Assembly: GCA_035495255.1 (NCBI GenBank)
Contig: DATJGD010000012.1
Location: 34,775 to 98,774, forward strand
DNA length: 64,000 nt
Reading direction: 5' to 3'
Source of the DNA: Bacteroidota bacterium
Lineage (GTDB): Bacteria; Bacteroidota; Ignavibacteria; UBA10030; SZUA-254
Shown here: piece after piece, positions 38,674-48,200 of the stretch
Numbering within the stretch: position 1 is the first letter of the stretch
How the letters are laid out: each line of letters opens with the position of its first letter
Made by a program: the position numbers and the translations under genes
Notes under the pieces: generated by a model
Database searches by the model: none
The model's input: the letters and a program-made list of their open reading frames with translations, nothing else
Told to the model about the DNA's origin: nothing

Positions 38674-40223
38674 GCTGCCCGGCGAAGAAACTCCTCTACA
38701 ACTTCCCGGTCGCTGAAATGAATCTTCGTGTCGCCAATAACCTGGTAATCTTCGTGCCCTTTACCGGCGATGAGCACGACATCCTTGTCCCCTGCCGCGG
38801 ACAACGCCTGAACGATCGCCGTCCGGCGATCGGCTTCCCGGATCACGCGAGCGCCGGGTTTTACTCCTGCGAACACCTCGTCGAGAATGAGCTCGGGGTT
38901 CTCATGCCGCGGATTATCCGAGGTGAGCACCACAATGTCGCTGTACTCCGACGCGATGCGCCCCATTTGCGGGCGTTTCGTGCGGTCCCTGTTCCCGCCG
39001 CAGCCGAAGACGGTAATGAGTTTGCCGCGATTTCCTCCGTCAAAAATATCGCGCACCGCGGTAATTGCTTTCAGCAAGGCGTCAGGCGTGTGCGCATAAT
39101 CGACGACGGCTGTCCAGCCGCGGGGAGATTGAATTTGCTCGAAGCGGCCGCGCACGACCGGGGTCGAATGTATCGCTTCGCGAATGACATTTTTTTCTAT
39201 CCCCAGCGCCACACCGGTGGAGAATGCGGCAAGAATATTGCTCACGTTAAACCTGCCGATCAGAGAAGACTCGACTGCCGTCCGTTCGCTTCCATGAGAG
39301 ATAACGCACGACGTCGAATGCATCGAGAGCGACAGGTCCGTAGCGCGCACCTCTGCGGAGGCGGCAGTTCCATAGGAAATCTTCTGCGATCTTCCTATCG
39401 TCATCATTTTTTCGCCCCACGGGTCGTCGACGTTGATCACCGCGAACGCCGCGGCGGGCAATGATTCAAATAATATGCTCTTGGCATTAAAGTATTCCGG
39501 CATCGTGCCGTGATAGTCAAGATGATCCTGCGTAAGGTTCGTGAACACGCCGGCGCGAAATTCAATGCCTTCGACCCGGTGCTGATGCAGCGCGTGCGAC
39601 GATACTTCCATCACCGCGGCATCGCAATGCTGTTCCACCATCTTCGCCAGAAGTTCGTTCAGCTCGAGCGACTCCGGCGTCGTATGCGTTGCCGGGAGAA
39701 TCTGCTTGCCGATTTCATATTGTATGGTACCGATGAGGCCTGTCGTCATTCCCTTTGCGTTAAGCAGCGAGCGGATCAAATGCGTCGTCGTCGTCTTGCC
39801 GTTCGTCCCGGTCACGCCCACCATGAGGAGCTCCTTCGACGGATGGCGGAAGTAATTCGCCGAGATGCGCGCGAGCGCGACCCTCGTGTTCGCGACGACA
39901 ATCTTGACGACCCCGGCGTGCATGAAATAGGAATCCGGGAGAACGGAATCGTCTTCGATCACCACCACGGAGGCGCCGTTCGCGACCGCCTGGGAAACAA
40001 ACGCATGTCCGTCAAAGCCTGAGCCGCGGATCGCGATGAACAGATCTCCCCGCGCGACGCGCCGTGAATCGTAGCAGACGCGGTTCACCTGGATATCGTG
40101 TGTCACCACCATCCGACCGTATAATGTTTGAAACATCTTGCTGACGGAAACTCCGTCCAATAATCGTGATAATGTCATGAATGCCGGTTCAGGCGCGGGT
40201 TCTTCGATACATGCTTGTTCCAT
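38670..40223 (-). CDS. murE: UDP-N-acetylmuramoyl-L-alanyl-D-glutamate--2,6-diaminopimelate ligase
   Basis: 517 aa. GVTGTNGKTTTT, and a DNPR motif near the C-terminus consistent with a meso-DAP-adding enzyme. Confidence 0.9.
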   Translation of the reverse strand: MEQACIEEPAPEPAFMTLSRLLDGVSVSKMFQTLYGRMVVTHDIQVNRVCYDSRRVARGDLFIAIRGSGFDGHAFVSQAVANGASVVVIEDDSVLPDSYFMHAGVVKIVVANTRVALARISANYFRHPSKELLMVGVTGTNGKTTTTHLIRSLLNAKGMTTGLIGTIQYEIGKQILPATHTTPESLELNELLAKMVEQHCDAAVMEVSSHALHQHRVEGIEFRAGVFTNLTQDHLDYHGTMPEYFNAKSILFESLPAAAFAVINVDDPWGEKMMTIGRSQKISYGTAASAEVRATDLSLSMHSTSCVISHGSERTAVESSLIGRFNVSNILAAFSTGVALGIEKNVIREAIHSTPVVRGRFEQIQSPRGWTAVVDYAHTPDALLKAITAVRDIFDGGNRGKLITVFGCGGNRDRTKRPQMGRIASEYSDIVVLTSDNPRHENPELILDEVFAGVKPGARVIREADRRTAIVQALSAAGDKDVVLIAGKGHEDYQVIGDTKIHFSDREVVEEFLRRAA

Positions 40224-40253
40224 CGGCGCGCGCGTAAATACTCTCGTCCTCTG

Positions 40254-42350
40254 TTAGTTGGCGGATAACGACGTCAGTGATTTTTGCTGGCAGACGAGCA
40301 TGATCTTCGTTCCTGCCTTCAGCAACTGGCCGGCTCCCGGAGTTTGGGTCTTCACCGTTCCGGAACCGCTGACAACGGGATCAAGCTTTCTCATCCTCAG
40401 CATGTTGACGGCTTTTCGCACGCTCATCCCGCGGACATCGGGGATAACATTGGCCATGTCCGCCGGCGTTGATACCCCCGCGGACTTCGCGGAGGCTTTT
40501 TTCACCGGAGCACTCTTTACCGGAACATTGTTAACCTGGGTACTCTTTTCCGGCGCAGGTTCCGGCACGGCTCTCGGATTTTGCGGCGCTACAGACGCGA
40601 ACATTTCCGACGCCCCGATCACGCGCTCGGCAATCGCCTTAAAGACCGGCGCGCTCGTCGTGCCGCCGTAGTATGTCCCGGCCCGCGGGTTGTCGATCAT
40701 GACGAGGCAGACAACCTGCGGATCCTCCGAGGGATAGAATCCCACGAACGATGCCGTATAACTTCCGGGTTCATATTTTCCTTCGACAAATTTCTTCGAC
40801 GTTCCTGTTTTACCCGCGATGTCGATCCCTTCGACCGCCGCAGGTTTGCCGGTGCCGATCTTCACGACATCCTGAAAAAAATGCTTGAGCGTTTTTGCCG
40901 TCGCCTCGGAGATGACGCGGCGGATCATCTGCGGCTGAAAGTCGTTCACGACCTGTCCCTGCGCGTCGAGTTCCTGTTTGATGAGCATCGGTTTCATGAG
41001 CACGCCGTCGTTCGCCAGAGCGCAATACGCCGAAGCGATCTGCAGAGGGGTCACCTGGACTTCATAGCCGTATGCCATCGTGTTGAGCGTCGTGCCGGAC
41101 CACTCCGCAGGCTTTTTCAGGGTTCCGCGAACTTCACCGGGAAACTCGACATTTGTCGAGATGCCAAAGCCGTAGTCACGGGCCATTTTGTACAGACGCT
41201 CGCTTCCGATGACGTCGCTGGCTTTCGCCATCACGATGTTGCTCGAATACGCCATCGCCTCCTGGAACGTGATCCATCCGTATTCATGCGTGTCGACGAT
41301 GGGTTTGGGGCGGCCGGCGACATTATATTTTCCGTTCTCTGCAAAGAATTTCTGTTCCGGTTTGATGAGATGATTCTCAAGCGCCGCCGAAGCCGTGACG
41401 ATCTTAAATACCGAGCCGGGTTCGAAGACGTCGGTGACGGCGCGGAGTTTCTGATCTTCGGCTCCGTAACTTCCGAAGCGCGCCGGATCGACCGGCGGAT
41501 ATTGTCCCATCGCGAGAATTTCCCCGGTCCTGTTCTTCATCATAATAACAATGCCGCGGTCGGCCTTGTTCGTTTCAACCCCTTTCTGCAACTCCTTTTC
41601 TGCGATCGACTGGAGCTCCGCGTCGATGGTCAGCACGACGCTGTGGCCGTTGACCGGCTCGACACGGGGATAATCGACCGACGGACGGGCTTTCCCAAGT
41701 CCGTCCCGCTGAAGGACGACATATCCGTCGACGCCCTGGAGAAGCTTGTCGAATTCAAGCTCGGAGCCCGCAAGGCCGTTATTATCGATATCGGTAAATC
41801 CGATGAGCTGCCCTGCGACATGGTCGCTATGGTAGAGCCTTCTCGGTTCATAGAGGACGATAAGTCCTTCGAGCTTTGCCGCGTCCACCTTTTTGAGAAT
41901 ATCGGGGTTCACCAGCCGTTCCAGCCACACGAATCGCAGGTCGGAATCAAGCTTGTCGAGATAATATTTTTTGGGCTTGCCGAACAGCTGTGAAAACTTT
42001 GCCGCTATCGCGCGGGCATCCTCAGCCGCGACCTTGGGATCTGCTGCAAAGGAGACGAACATGGAATTCGACGCAAGCACCTCTTCGTTCCGGTCGTAAA
42101 TCACTCCCCGCGTTGCCGGGAGATCCATTCTTGTCTGGTATTGCCTCTTCGCAAGATCCCGGTACGTTCCGAAATTGACGATCTGGACCTGCGCGAGCCG
42201 CAGACAAACGACGACAAAGAAGAGTAGAATGCCGATCTGAAGATAACGCAGACGCTTCTGCGTGTTGTTCAGCCAGACAGGCTTCTGTTTCCCCGCGACG
42301 GTTGTCACGGCGGCCGCTTCAAGAAATTTTTTGAACAGTCTCCGGATCAC
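40254..42350 (-). CDS. ftsI: division transpeptidase FtsI (PBP3) with a C-terminal PASTA domain
   Basis: 698 aa. TM anchor, dimerisation domain, transpeptidase domain (STFK-like, SxN, KTGT). C-terminal ~60 aa (IPDVRGMSVRKAVNMLRMRKL...GTVKTQTPGAGQLLKAGTKIML) match a PASTA module. Confidence 0.9.
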   Translation of the reverse strand: MIRRLFKKFLEAAAVTTVAGKQKPVWLNNTQKRLRYLQIGILLFFVVVCLRLAQVQIVNFGTYRDLAKRQYQTRMDLPATRGVIYDRNEEVLASNSMFVSFAADPKVAAEDARAIAAKFSQLFGKPKKYYLDKLDSDLRFVWLERLVNPDILKKVDAAKLEGLIVLYEPRRLYHSDHVAGQLIGFTDIDNNGLAGSELEFDKLLQGVDGYVVLQRDGLGKARPSVDYPRVEPVNGHSVVLTIDAELQSIAEKELQKGVETNKADRGIVIMMKNRTGEILAMGQYPPVDPARFGSYGAEDQKLRAVTDVFEPGSVFKIVTASAALENHLIKPEQKFFAENGKYNVAGRPKPIVDTHEYGWITFQEAMAYSSNIVMAKASDVIGSERLYKMARDYGFGISTNVEFPGEVRGTLKKPAEWSGTTLNTMAYGYEVQVTPLQIASAYCALANDGVLMKPMLIKQELDAQGQVVNDFQPQMIRRVISEATAKTLKHFFQDVVKIGTGKPAAVEGIDIAGKTGTSKKFVEGKYEPGSYTASFVGFYPSEDPQVVCLVMIDNPRAGTYYGGTTSAPVFKAIAERVIGASEMFASVAPQNPRAVPEPAPEKSTQVNNVPVKSAPVKKASAKSAGVSTPADMANVIPDVRGMSVRKAVNMLRMRKLDPVVSGSGTVKTQTPGAGQLLKAGTKIMLVCQQKSLTSLSAN

Positions 42351-42781
42351 GGCTGAAGTTTTTCAAGACGCTGTTCGTCGATGTCCAACGGAACAGGCTG
42401 CGTTTTTGTATAGGTCATTCCGAGTTTATCGGTCGCAATTTTTCCGATGCGTTCAAGGCTCGACTTTCTGTTGACTTCCGCTCTGAGCACCTCGTTCGAA
42501 TACTGAACCTTCTGACACTGCATCTGGAGATCGTTAATCTCCATGGCCAACCTGTTCACGGTGAGCTTGTTCCAAACATAGAGAACGATGAGGATGGAGA
42601 CAAGCACCATCGCCAGAATCAAATTGAACGGTGACCGCCTTCGCCGTGTCACGGGGCGGTTGCCGCGGCGTATTTCCTCGCGCGCAGGCGGGGGACTCCC
42701 CCCTCCGTTGTAGACGTACCTTCGTTCTTTCGGCTCGGATGGCGGCGGTGCTACGTCGAGGTCTTCATCAAACGGCTTCAT
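42347..42781 (-). CDS. ftsL: cell division protein FtsL
   Basis: 144 aa. Basic/Pro-rich N-terminus, a single TM, then a coiled coil. In the canonical slot between rsmH and ftsI with overlapping stops and starts. Confidence 0.7.
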   Translation of the reverse strand: MKPFDEDLDVAPPPSEPKERRYVYNGGGSPPPAREEIRRGNRPVTRRRRSPFNLILAMVLVSILIVLYVWNKLTVNRLAMEINDLQMQCQKVQYSNEVLRAEVNRKSSLERIGKIATDKLGMTYTKTQPVPLDIDEQRLEKLQP

Positions 42782-43710
42782 GCTGCGACCTTCTCGATTG
42801 CGCGCAACTTTGCGCTTCGTGCGCGCGGGTTATTGGTGATTTCGTGTTCGCCCGGACTTACCGGCTTCTTTGTGAGGATCTTGACTCTCGCCTGCCGCGG
42901 AATATCGGGAAGCAATTTGTGCTCCGCTCGGATCGATGTTTTCGCTTCTTCAACGAAAAATGTTTTGACGATTCTGTCTTCCAGCGAGTGATACGATATC
43001 ACGACAAACCTGCCGCCGGCAGACAGGCAATCGAGCCCGGCGCGAAGCCCGTCATCCAGGCGGCCGAGTTCGTCATTCACTTCGATGCGGATCGCCTGAA
43101 AAATGCGCGCCAGGGACTTTTGCAGGAAGTGCTTGCCGGTAACGGATTCGACGATCGCTGCCAGGGCGCGGGTAGTTTCAATTGGCCCCTTCTTCCGTTC
43201 GTCGCCAATCCGGCGGGCAATTCTTGCGGCGTTCTTTTCTTCGCCGTAGACGCGAAAGATCTCCGTTAATCGTCCAGGCTCATAGGTATTGACGACTCGC
43301 ACGGCATCGAGCTTCTCCTGCTGGTTCATCCGCATATCCAGCCTGCCGTCGTGCTGGAAGCTGAACCCTCTCGTGCTCTCGTTCAACTGATGCGAAGAGA
43401 CGCCGAGGTCCAGGAGGATGCCGTCGACTGATTTGATATTCCGCTGCGCGAGCCGTGCTTTCATATTTGAAAAATTATCGTGGATGAACGTCACCCGGTC
43501 GCCGTACTGCCGCAAGCGCTCCTTCGCAACCGAAAGCGCCTGAACGTCCTGATCAAAACCGATGACCCTGCTCTTTGCGGCCGTCATCAGGATCTGCTCC
43601 GTGTGCCCGCCGCCGCCGAGCGTGCCGTCGACATACACGCCATCGGGAACGGCATGTAAGTAGGTGACAACTTCCTGCGCCAATACCGGTGAGTGAAACT
43701 CATGATGCAT
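42778..43710 (-). CDS. rsmH: 16S rRNA (cytosine1402-N4)-methyltransferase
   Basis: 310 aa MraW. VDGTLGGGGH SAM-binding motif. Confidence 0.9.
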   Translation of the reverse strand: MHHEFHSPVLAQEVVTYLHAVPDGVYVDGTLGGGGHTEQILMTAAKSRVIGFDQDVQALSVAKERLRQYGDRVTFIHDNFSNMKARLAQRNIKSVDGILLDLGVSSHQLNESTRGFSFQHDGRLDMRMNQQEKLDAVRVVNTYEPGRLTEIFRVYGEEKNAARIARRIGDERKKGPIETTRALAAIVESVTGKHFLQKSLARIFQAIRIEVNDELGRLDDGLRAGLDCLSAGGRFVVISYHSLEDRIVKTFFVEEAKTSIRAEHKLLPDIPRQARVKILTKKPVSPGEHEITNNPRARSAKLRAIEKVAA

Positions 43711-43756
43711 TTACGACAAAGCAAGGAAAGAGATGTTCTGAACATTCATGGATTGT

Positions 43757-44197
43757 TTACCGCATGACTTTCGCGGCGATATTCTCGTACGGCTCCTGCT
43801 GGTTCTTCTTGTAGTCCTCGTAGCTTCCGGGATCCCACAACTCAATTTTGTCCAGCGTTCCGATGATCCGGACCTCGTCGCCGATGTTTGCAAACTCGCG
43901 CAGCTCCTGGGGAATGGAAAGGCGCGCCTGGCCGTCGAGCTGGCTTTCCGACGCGAGCTCGAGCAATGCTCTGATAAGGCTTCGATGCTCCGGATTGTAG
44001 GAGGAGAGGTTGCGCAGGGTTTGTTCGAGCTTGTTCCATTCGTCGATTGGATAGACGAACAGGCACTTCTCAAATCCGCGCGTGATGACGAAGGTGTCGC
44101 TGCATTCCGGATTGACGTACTTCCGCAGCTTGGCAGGAAGATTTACTCTTCCTTTCTCATCGACGGCATACATATATGAGCCCTTAAATGACGACAT
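43757..44197 (-). CDS. mraZ: transcriptional regulator MraZ
   Basis: 146 aa, two-fold-repeat MraZ. First gene of the dcw cluster. Confidence 0.9.
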   Translation of the reverse strand: MSSFKGSYMYAVDEKGRVNLPAKLRKYVNPECSDTFVITRGFEKCLFVYPIDEWNKLEQTLRNLSSYNPEHRSLIRALLELASESQLDGQARLSIPQELREFANIGDEVRIIGTLDKIELWDPGSYEDYKKNQQEPYENIAAKVMR

Positions 44198-44237
44198 TAT
44201 TTTTTCATTTCCTGATCTTCGACAAAATCCTTTAAAT

Positions 44238-44270
44238 CAAAAAAAATTCCACACCATTATTCCCCACTTT
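44238..44270 (-). promoter_or_regulatory. candidate MraZ operator: direct repeats GTGGGGA-N3-GTGGGGA (10-bp period) plus a degenerate third repeat, 40-75 bp upstream of mraZ
   Basis: The plus strand reads ttCCACACcattatTCCCCACtttTCCCCACcgg. On the mraZ strand this is GTGGGGaaaaGTGGGGaataatGGTGTGG. MraZ proteins are known to bind 10-bp-spaced GTGG[GT] direct repeats in their own promoter region. Confidence 0.5.
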
Positions 44271-44431
44271 TCCCCACCGGTGAAACTCCAATTTAGGGTT
44301 TTTTGCTTAAAAGTCAAGTGTTTTTTGCGTTTTGGAGGGAATTACTGGGCTTTTGTGAAGCCGAACAACAACTCTGAAGAAAAACGGCTAAAACGGGCTA
44401 TTTTCGAGGGTGCCTAAGGGCTCAAAATGGA

Positions 44432-44558
44432 CCCAAAGTGGGTAAGAAGGGGACAAAAATTCTGACCGTTATGAGGGCCTGACATCGGGTCTCCTTCAGC
44501 CCGCCCGGAACCTCATGTCGCGCCGGTTGCCGTCGGCCCGAAGTGAGTAAGAACGGCG
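44432..44558. repeat. two imperfect 22-nt direct repeats (cccaAAGTGgGTAAGAAgGGg / cccgAAGTGaGTAAGAAcGGc) ~105 bp apart in the long mraZ/DUF1059 intergenic region
   Basis: Seen directly in the sequence. Both copies again contain a GTG(G/A)G core. Function unknown. Confidence 0.4.
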
Positions 44559-44742
44559 CAACGTTTTCAGAAATTCGTCCGGAAAAATGCTCTGCCTGTT
44601 ACGACAAATTTCTAAAAGTATTTTAGACGGCAAAAGGCATTGTATATTTTTTTTAATTGCCAACCTGAATCATTGGGGAGCACACAACGTTTTTATTAAT
44701 GTCATCGTCGAAAGATCATTCAACATTCATAAGGAGTCAGTC

Positions 44743-44883
44743 ATGGTACAACGAATTTTTCTTGCGGGCTTTGTTCTTGTCTTCGCGTTCTCATTTGTGA
44801 CACTGGCGATCGCCCAGGACACAATGAGGCGTGACACAACGGGGCATAATTATATGAAGCAGGACACAGCAGATGCGCCATGA
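44743..44883 (+). CDS. signal peptide plus Met/Asp-repeat N-terminal fragment of a DUF1059-like secreted protein (frame-disrupted relative to the downstream ORF)
   Basis: RBS AAGGAG 7 nt upstream. MVQRIFLAGFVLVFAFSFVTLAIAQ signal peptide. Ends at TGA 44881-44883, which overlaps the ATG of the next ORF. The paralogue at 61844-62182 carries the same signal peptide, repeat and domain in one frame. Confidence 0.5.
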   Translation: MVQRIFLAGFVLVFAFSFVTLAIAQDTMRRDTTGHNYMKQDTADAP

Positions 44884-45167
44884 ACCGGGACATGAAGAAC
44901 GGGGAAATGAATGACCGGGACACGTTCAATCGCGGCATGAAGGGGCAACGGGGAATGAACAACAACCAGGAAATGTCGGGCTCTCTCCAATCGGCCACAT
45001 GCGACATCTGCGGATTCATGGTCCGAAGCCACAACGAGAAAGAGATCGCTTCGATCATGAAAACACATCAAAAGAAATATCATCACAAGACCGTCTCCGA
45101 CAAGGACGTCAAGGACATGATTCGAAACGATCAGAGTCATTCGGAAAATGATATCAAGCAGCAATGA
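44880..45167 (+). CDS. DUF1059-like small metal-binding-type domain protein (C-terminal part; probably the frameshifted continuation of 44743-44883)
   Basis: Met-rich repeats (MNRDMKNGEMNDRD...GMKGQRGM), then CDICGFMVRSHNEKEIASIMKTHQKKYHHK, matching the CxxCGF....E.E......H....H pattern recalled for DUF1059 and the paralogue at 61844-62182. Confidence 0.6.
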   Translation: MNRDMKNGEMNDRDTFNRGMKGQRGMNNNQEMSGSLQSATCDICGFMVRSHNEKEIASIMKTHQKKYHHKTVSDKDVKDMIRNDQSHSENDIKQQ

Positions 45168-45194
45168 TGAATCTGACGTATCGCCAATAAAGAA

Positions 45195-45220
45195 CCCCGT
45201 CATCGACGGGGTTTTTTCTT
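45195..45220 (+). terminator. rho-independent terminator after the DUF1059-like gene
   Basis: CCCCGTC-atc-GACGGGG hairpin followed by TTTTTTCTT. Confidence 0.6.
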
Positions 45221-45283
45221 GGCGTACTGCAATCGTAAGCCATTGCCGCACAAGTACTTATATGATATTACAAATCGCACTCA

Positions 45284-48200
45284 TTATTGAGACACTCGCC
45301 GCGAAGCGTCTGCCATCTCGCCGATGACCTTTGCAGCTGCTGCCAATCGCAGTTGGGGATCCGCCGTCGCCGGCAGTGCGGTCTGCAGAGTGAGATCCTT
45401 TCCTTGCTGGCGGAGTTGAATGTTTTTCAGACTCTTGTCCGCTAACTTTCGCATGATCAATTGAAACGGAGACTCCGCGTCACTCTGTGTCCCGTAGAAT
45501 TTGTCATCGGAGGAATCCGGCAGGGTCACGACGAGGGTCTGACCTTTCAGGGAAACTTTTATGAAATTGCCGCCGGCCGCGATCAGCCGCAGCGTCATGA
45601 GCCCTGTGAGGTGTTCCACTTCTTCCGGGTACTGGCCAAACCGGTCGACAAGCTCTTCCCTGATATTTTTCAGCTCCGCTTCCGAGCGCACCTTGTAGAG
45701 GCGGCGATAAAGATCCAACCGTTCAGTATCTGATTCAACGTAAAAGTCCGGGATAAGTGCTTCAATGTCCGATTCTATGATTGTTTCCGGAAGATGCGGT
45801 TCTGCGCCGGACACCTGCGCGGTGAAGAGTTCTTTGAACTCTTCTTCCTTGAGCTCTTCGACCGCCTCTCTCACGATCCGCTCATACATTTCAAATCCCA
45901 TTTCCATGATGAATCCGGATTGCTCCGCGCCGAAGACATTTCCGGCGCCGCGAATTTCCAGGTCGCGCATCGCGAGATTGAAGCCGGAGCCGAGTTCCGA
46001 AAACTCTTCGATCGCCTGCAGGCGGCGGAGCGTCTGTTTCGGCAGAATGCCGAGCGGCGGGACGAGAAGATACGCGTAGGCCTGGATATTCGAACGCCCT
46101 ACCCTCCCACGGAGCTGGTAGAGCTCCGCGAGCCCAAACCGGTCAGCCCGGTTGATAATGATCGAATTCACGCTCGGAATATCGAGCCCGGATTCGATAA
46201 TCTTCGTGGCAACCAGCACGTCGAACTTTTTCTCCAGAAAGTCCATCATGGTCTGCTCGAGTTCGTGCCCTTTCATCTGGCCGTGCGCGGCGTGAACCCG
46301 GGCATGCGGTACATGCGTTTTGATCTGGCTTGTGATCGTGTCGATATTCTGCACCCGGTCGTGGACCACGTAGACCTGTCCTCCCCGGTGAAGCTCTTTC
46401 ATGATCGCTTCCCGGAATATATTCCAGTGCGCCTGGCGCCCTTCGGAGGCAGGAATAATTTCGGTGATGATGGGGAGTCTGTTTCTCGGCGGCGTGGAAA
46501 TAAGCGAGAGATCCCGCGCACCCATAAGAGAAAAATGGAGCGTTCTCGGAATCGGCGTGGCGGTAAGCGACAGCGTATCAACGGTCGCTTTCAGCTGGCG
46601 AAGTTTTTCTTTCGCGGCAACTCCGAACCTGTGCTCTTCGTCGATGATGAGAAGACCCAGGTCTTTGAACGCGATGTCTTTTGAAAGCAGCCTGTGCGTA
46701 CCGATGACAATGTCGACCGATCCGCCGCGCAGCGCCTCCACGACATTCTTCTGCTCCTTCTTCGACTTGAACCGTGTAAGGTGCTCTATGCGCGTAGCAT
46801 AGCGCGAGAGCCGGTCATGAAACGTATTGTAATGCTGGAGCGCGAGGATCGTCGTCGGCACGAGCAGTCCCACCTGCTTCCCATCCATGACGGCTTTGAA
46901 TGCCGCACGGACCGCGACCTCCGTCTTGCCAAAGCCGACGTCGCCGCAGATCAGCCGGTCCATCGGCGACGAGCTTTCCATATCCTGCTTAACTGCAAGC
47001 GTCGCGCTTGCCTGATCGGGAGTGTCTTCGTACATAAAGGACGCCTCAAGTTCCTTCTGCCAGTGGGAATCCGGGCTGAAGGCGGTGCCGTGTTCGTGCT
47101 TGCGGCGGGCATAGAGCTTCATGAGATCGCGCGCGATATCTTTGACCCGTTTTTTCGCGCGTGCTTTTGCTTTTTCCCACTCCGGCGTTCCGAGCTTGTT
47201 AAGAACCGGAGCATGTCCTTCCGCCGAAGAATATTTCTGAACGCGGTTGATGAAGTTCAGGTTCACGTAGAGGACGTCATCCTCCAGAAAATGCATTTTC
47301 ATGACTTCCTGTTCGATGCCGCCGACCGTCAGCTTCTTGAGGCCGTCGAACACGCCGATCCCGTGGTCCACGTGGACGACAAAGTCTCCGCGCCGAAGCT
47401 GCTGAACCTCTTTCTGAGAAAATCCTTTGAACCGCTTCCGCTTCGCAAGGCCTCTTCGCCTCAGCCGTCCGAAAATCTCATGCTCGGTAAATACGACGAG
47501 ACGTTCAGGATGGTAAATGAAACCGGAATGGATGGTTTCGGAAAGAAATTTCGGAGCAATCTTCTGCAACCGTGCTTCGTCAACCTCCTCCGGCTCGTTA
47601 TGTTCTTCTACCGAACCGTCACCGCCGGCGTGAAATCGGCCGCCCGGTTCAACTTCGGGGTTTCCGGACGGGGTTTCTTCAATGAGCTCTTTCAGCCGGT
47701 CAGATTCGGCTTTCATATCGCTCGTCAGCAGGACAGAATATCCTTCGGCCGTGAATTTCCTGAGTGCTTCTACTAATCTGCCGATGCTTCCGTTGAACGC
47801 GGGCTGGGGCGCCGCGGAGAACGTAAGATCCGAAGATTGATTACGGATCGGAGAGCTTTCAATGACCCGGAAGCGAGCGAGCTGGACGTTTATTTCCTCC
47901 GCTGAGAATAATCCGGCGGCTTCTTCCGCCAGCCGTTCAGTGATTTCCCGATCAATGCTTGCAGGATCATCCAGCACCACGAGGCTATTTTCCCCGATAT
48001 AATCGAGAAGCGAAGAGGTGCGCGCGGATGTGTCCGTGGCTTCCTTCTCTCCGGGAGCCGCCTGCCCTGTGCCCTCTTCCCCGGGCGCGCTTGATTGGAG
48101 AGCGGGGACAATGCTCGCAGATTTCATTTGGCGGATCGATCGCTGAGAGAGCGCGTCGAATTCCCGGATGGATTCGACAGTGTCGCCCCAGAATTCCAGC

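Noticed and set aside
38718-41993. Long plus-strand ORFs (248 aa, 170 aa, 470 aa) antisense to murE and ftsI
   Set aside because: Arg/His/Asp-rich composition with no recognisable domains. The opposite strand encodes well-conserved Mur ligase and PBP.
44587-44742. Upstream extension of the DUF1059 ORF (MLCLLRQISKSILDGKRHCIFF...)
   Set aside because: AT-rich promoter-like sequence. A good RBS and signal peptide begin at 44743, and the paralogue starts at the equivalent Met.
46694-47776. 360-aa plus-strand ORF antisense to mfd
   Set aside because: No motifs. mfd on the minus strand is unambiguous.
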